From: Laetmonice hystrix
Lineage: Eukaryota
Direction of reading: 5' to 3'
DNA: 64,000 bases
Assembly (NCBI GenBank): GCA_965235115.1
Contig: OZ249436.1
Location: 39,310,001 to 39,374,000, forward strand
Below are positions 61,793-64,000 of the stretch, piece after piece; positions within the stretch are counted from its first letter, which is position 1; each line of letters begins with the position of its first letter. The position numbers and the translations under genes are program-made. The notes under the pieces were generated by a model. That model was not told the DNA's origin, made no database searches, and was given only the letters and a program-made list of their open reading frames with translations.

Positions 61793-63033
61793 GCCTATAT
61801 AGGCCATCCTTCAATATAAAATATAAATATTATGATATAACATAAATATGGGTCCTCTTTGTTGTCAATGCAGAGAAATTACGCCTAGTTTTAGTTGAAG
61901 CAAGACTTGCCTTCCTCCATCTCGGATCACCGTAACGCGTGTTACGGTGATCAGTGTCATAACCAGTCATTGTGCCGTTGTTGTCTCAACTCGATTGACA
62001 GATCTGTAACAACACACTTTGAAAACATTACGCACTTTTACAAATATGTTCAAAATGCGTTAACTGTTGGACCACCTCAACGCACTTTGAAAATTGTTTT
62101 CAAAGTGCGTTGAGAATCGGGTCCACTTAAACGCACATTAAAAAAGAAAATTGAAAGTGCGTTGAGGTAGACCAAAAAATCTTAACGCACTTTGAAATTT
62201 TTATTTTCAAAATGCGTGAAGTTGGACCCAAATTTTAACGCACTTTGAACAGATTTTTCAAAGTGGGTAATTTCAAAGTGGGGTTGTTACACATGCACAT
62301 AAGCGACAATAGTTTAGAGCCGGAGTGAAGGGTTGGAAGGCCATTTGGGACTGACAAAAAGTGGTCACAATGCGAAGTGGTCTTAATAGGAGTGCCCGCT
62401 ATTGTGGGGTTTTGACAAACATTAAATAGATAAATAGATAAATACATTAAAAAAAATAATAAAAAATTCCGGACTGAGCCAAACTGGCCGTAATTAAGGG
62501 TTGACCTGTGGCTCATCTATAAATATCACTGGCAATTGCTCGTAACAGACAGGAACACGATCTATCCTTCGATACAAGCTATAGATGTTGTGTACAGGGG
62601 ATGAGGGATATTTCTACATGAATTCCAGCTTTCTGTATAAACTGTGACATCTGGTTTGGAGATTTGTGTGGCAGTTGGGGGAATATTATATTATAATAAA
62701 ATATAATAAAATATAATGCCAGCCTTTAGCAATAAAAAACCGGCTTTGATCAACATGGGCAATTGTTGACATGAAGCAACATATCAGGTCAGGTCAGGTG
62801 TACCCATTCCGCCACCTGACGACTAATTAGGGAACTGCCTCAAGAAGCTGGTGTCGCAGTGAGGTGTTGCTCTCAGGTACTTTTACGACCACTAATGGAG
62901 ATTGTGTAACGACTGCTAATATTGGGCACATTGCAGATAGCGACTTCTAACATTGCGAGCACTTGTGACAACATGGGGTATCTGATATGCAACGGCACGG
63001 TCAGTAGGGCCGTTAGTAGTCGCAAAAAATTAA

Positions 63034-63564
63034 AGGGGCATGCTATGGAACAGGTTTTGGAGGATTTCCGGCAATTATCCAACATGACCGTGTACTAGGG
63101 GTCCAAGTAAATAATCCTACCATAGCATTTTGTCCTCCGGCGTGTTTTCGCTGCGTATGCAGCACAAGTATATAGTTCTATACGACCAAACGCATAGATT
63201 TCTCCCGATAGCACATCTCCCGCCATAATTTGGTAGACAACCTCCCATCAACCCGTGTAATTGCATACTGCGTCACATCCTGCGTGTGCACTCTCTGCAG
63301 GTGCTTGGTCACGTGCTTCGCTTAGCTGTAAACAATTCAGCAGTTGCACTCGATCGTCTGGCATCAGAATGCAACCCAAAAAATATTTTACCAAATCGGC
63401 AGAGAAGCGGGTAAGGGAGCTTCATAAACTTCGATTTCTCACGCAAAATGAAACTGATAAGTCTGTCTTTGTTTACCAAGCAATTTTAATGAAGGATTTC
63501 TTGAGGAAAAAAGCAAAAGTTCTTTGAAATACCGATTTTTTACGTTTCCTCATAATATGCCCCT
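63034..63564. mobile_element. Kolobok-like MITE
   Basis: TTAA|aggggcat ... atgcccct|TTAA. The paralogous empty site at ~37924 has a single TTAA. Confidence 0.8.
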
Positions 63565-64000
63565 TTAAGAATCGCAGAGGTTTTAGTGGTCCTTAAGGCA
63601 AAAGAATATGCAACGGGGCCCATGTGACATGTGTATAGTTCAGTACAGCTGAGCCTCCCTAGTGAGCGCGAAAATGTGTCTTTCCAAAGAGGATAGAATC
63701 ACAGGCGATGCTATATTGGCTTAAGTGACACGTGTATTGTTATGCTCAATGAACTCAGGACCGTGCCAAATAGGCTTTACATGATAGGACTTGGTTTGAA
63801 AAAATAACATAGATGTGAACGTGACATTTTCCAGCCACACCTTGTCGAACCACGCACCTGCGCCTGTGATTCCCGAGGAACGCTTGACAACTGGTACTTG
63901 AAAGGGAAACCTAATTTCTCACATCTGCACATATGATTTGTCATACGCTATAATTGCTGTTTGCAGTGCTGTGTAAGCCAGATTGGTTTTGGGGTGGGGC

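Larger units (their letters stand above)
37870..63622. repeat. Large interrupted inverted repeat (foldback) enclosing the Polinton
   Basis: Left-arm pieces 37870-38230, 43040-43083, 45686-46220 and 47612-47691 are reverse complements, in order, of 61897-63622. Confidence 0.8.

Overview
Eukaryotic DNA, most likely from a marine invertebrate; the taxon cannot be fixed from sequence alone. The window is almost entirely nested transposable elements. The only clear host gene is four minus-strand exons of an ABCC/MRP4-type ABC transporter (1264-6993). The main feature is a complete-ended but compact Polinton/Maverick-like element (53111-61792). It has AGTAGT termini, ~430-bp TIRs and a 6-bp GCCTAT target-site duplication (TSD). 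It encodes only three genes: a C2H2-fingered protein-primed PolB, a packaging ATPase fused to two zinc fingers and GVTP repeats, and a chromodomain integrase. No capsid or protease gene is visible. The element sits in the loop of an old foldback/inverted duplication that nested insertions have inflated to ~26 kb. Also present: an LTR preceded by an env-like ORF, a Crypton-like tandem dimer, a Helentron-like element carrying satellite arrays, an L1/Tx1 RT relic, a tRNA-Thr(CGT), SINEs and many MITEs. Family assignments come from termini, TSDs and motifs read by eye; no searches were run.
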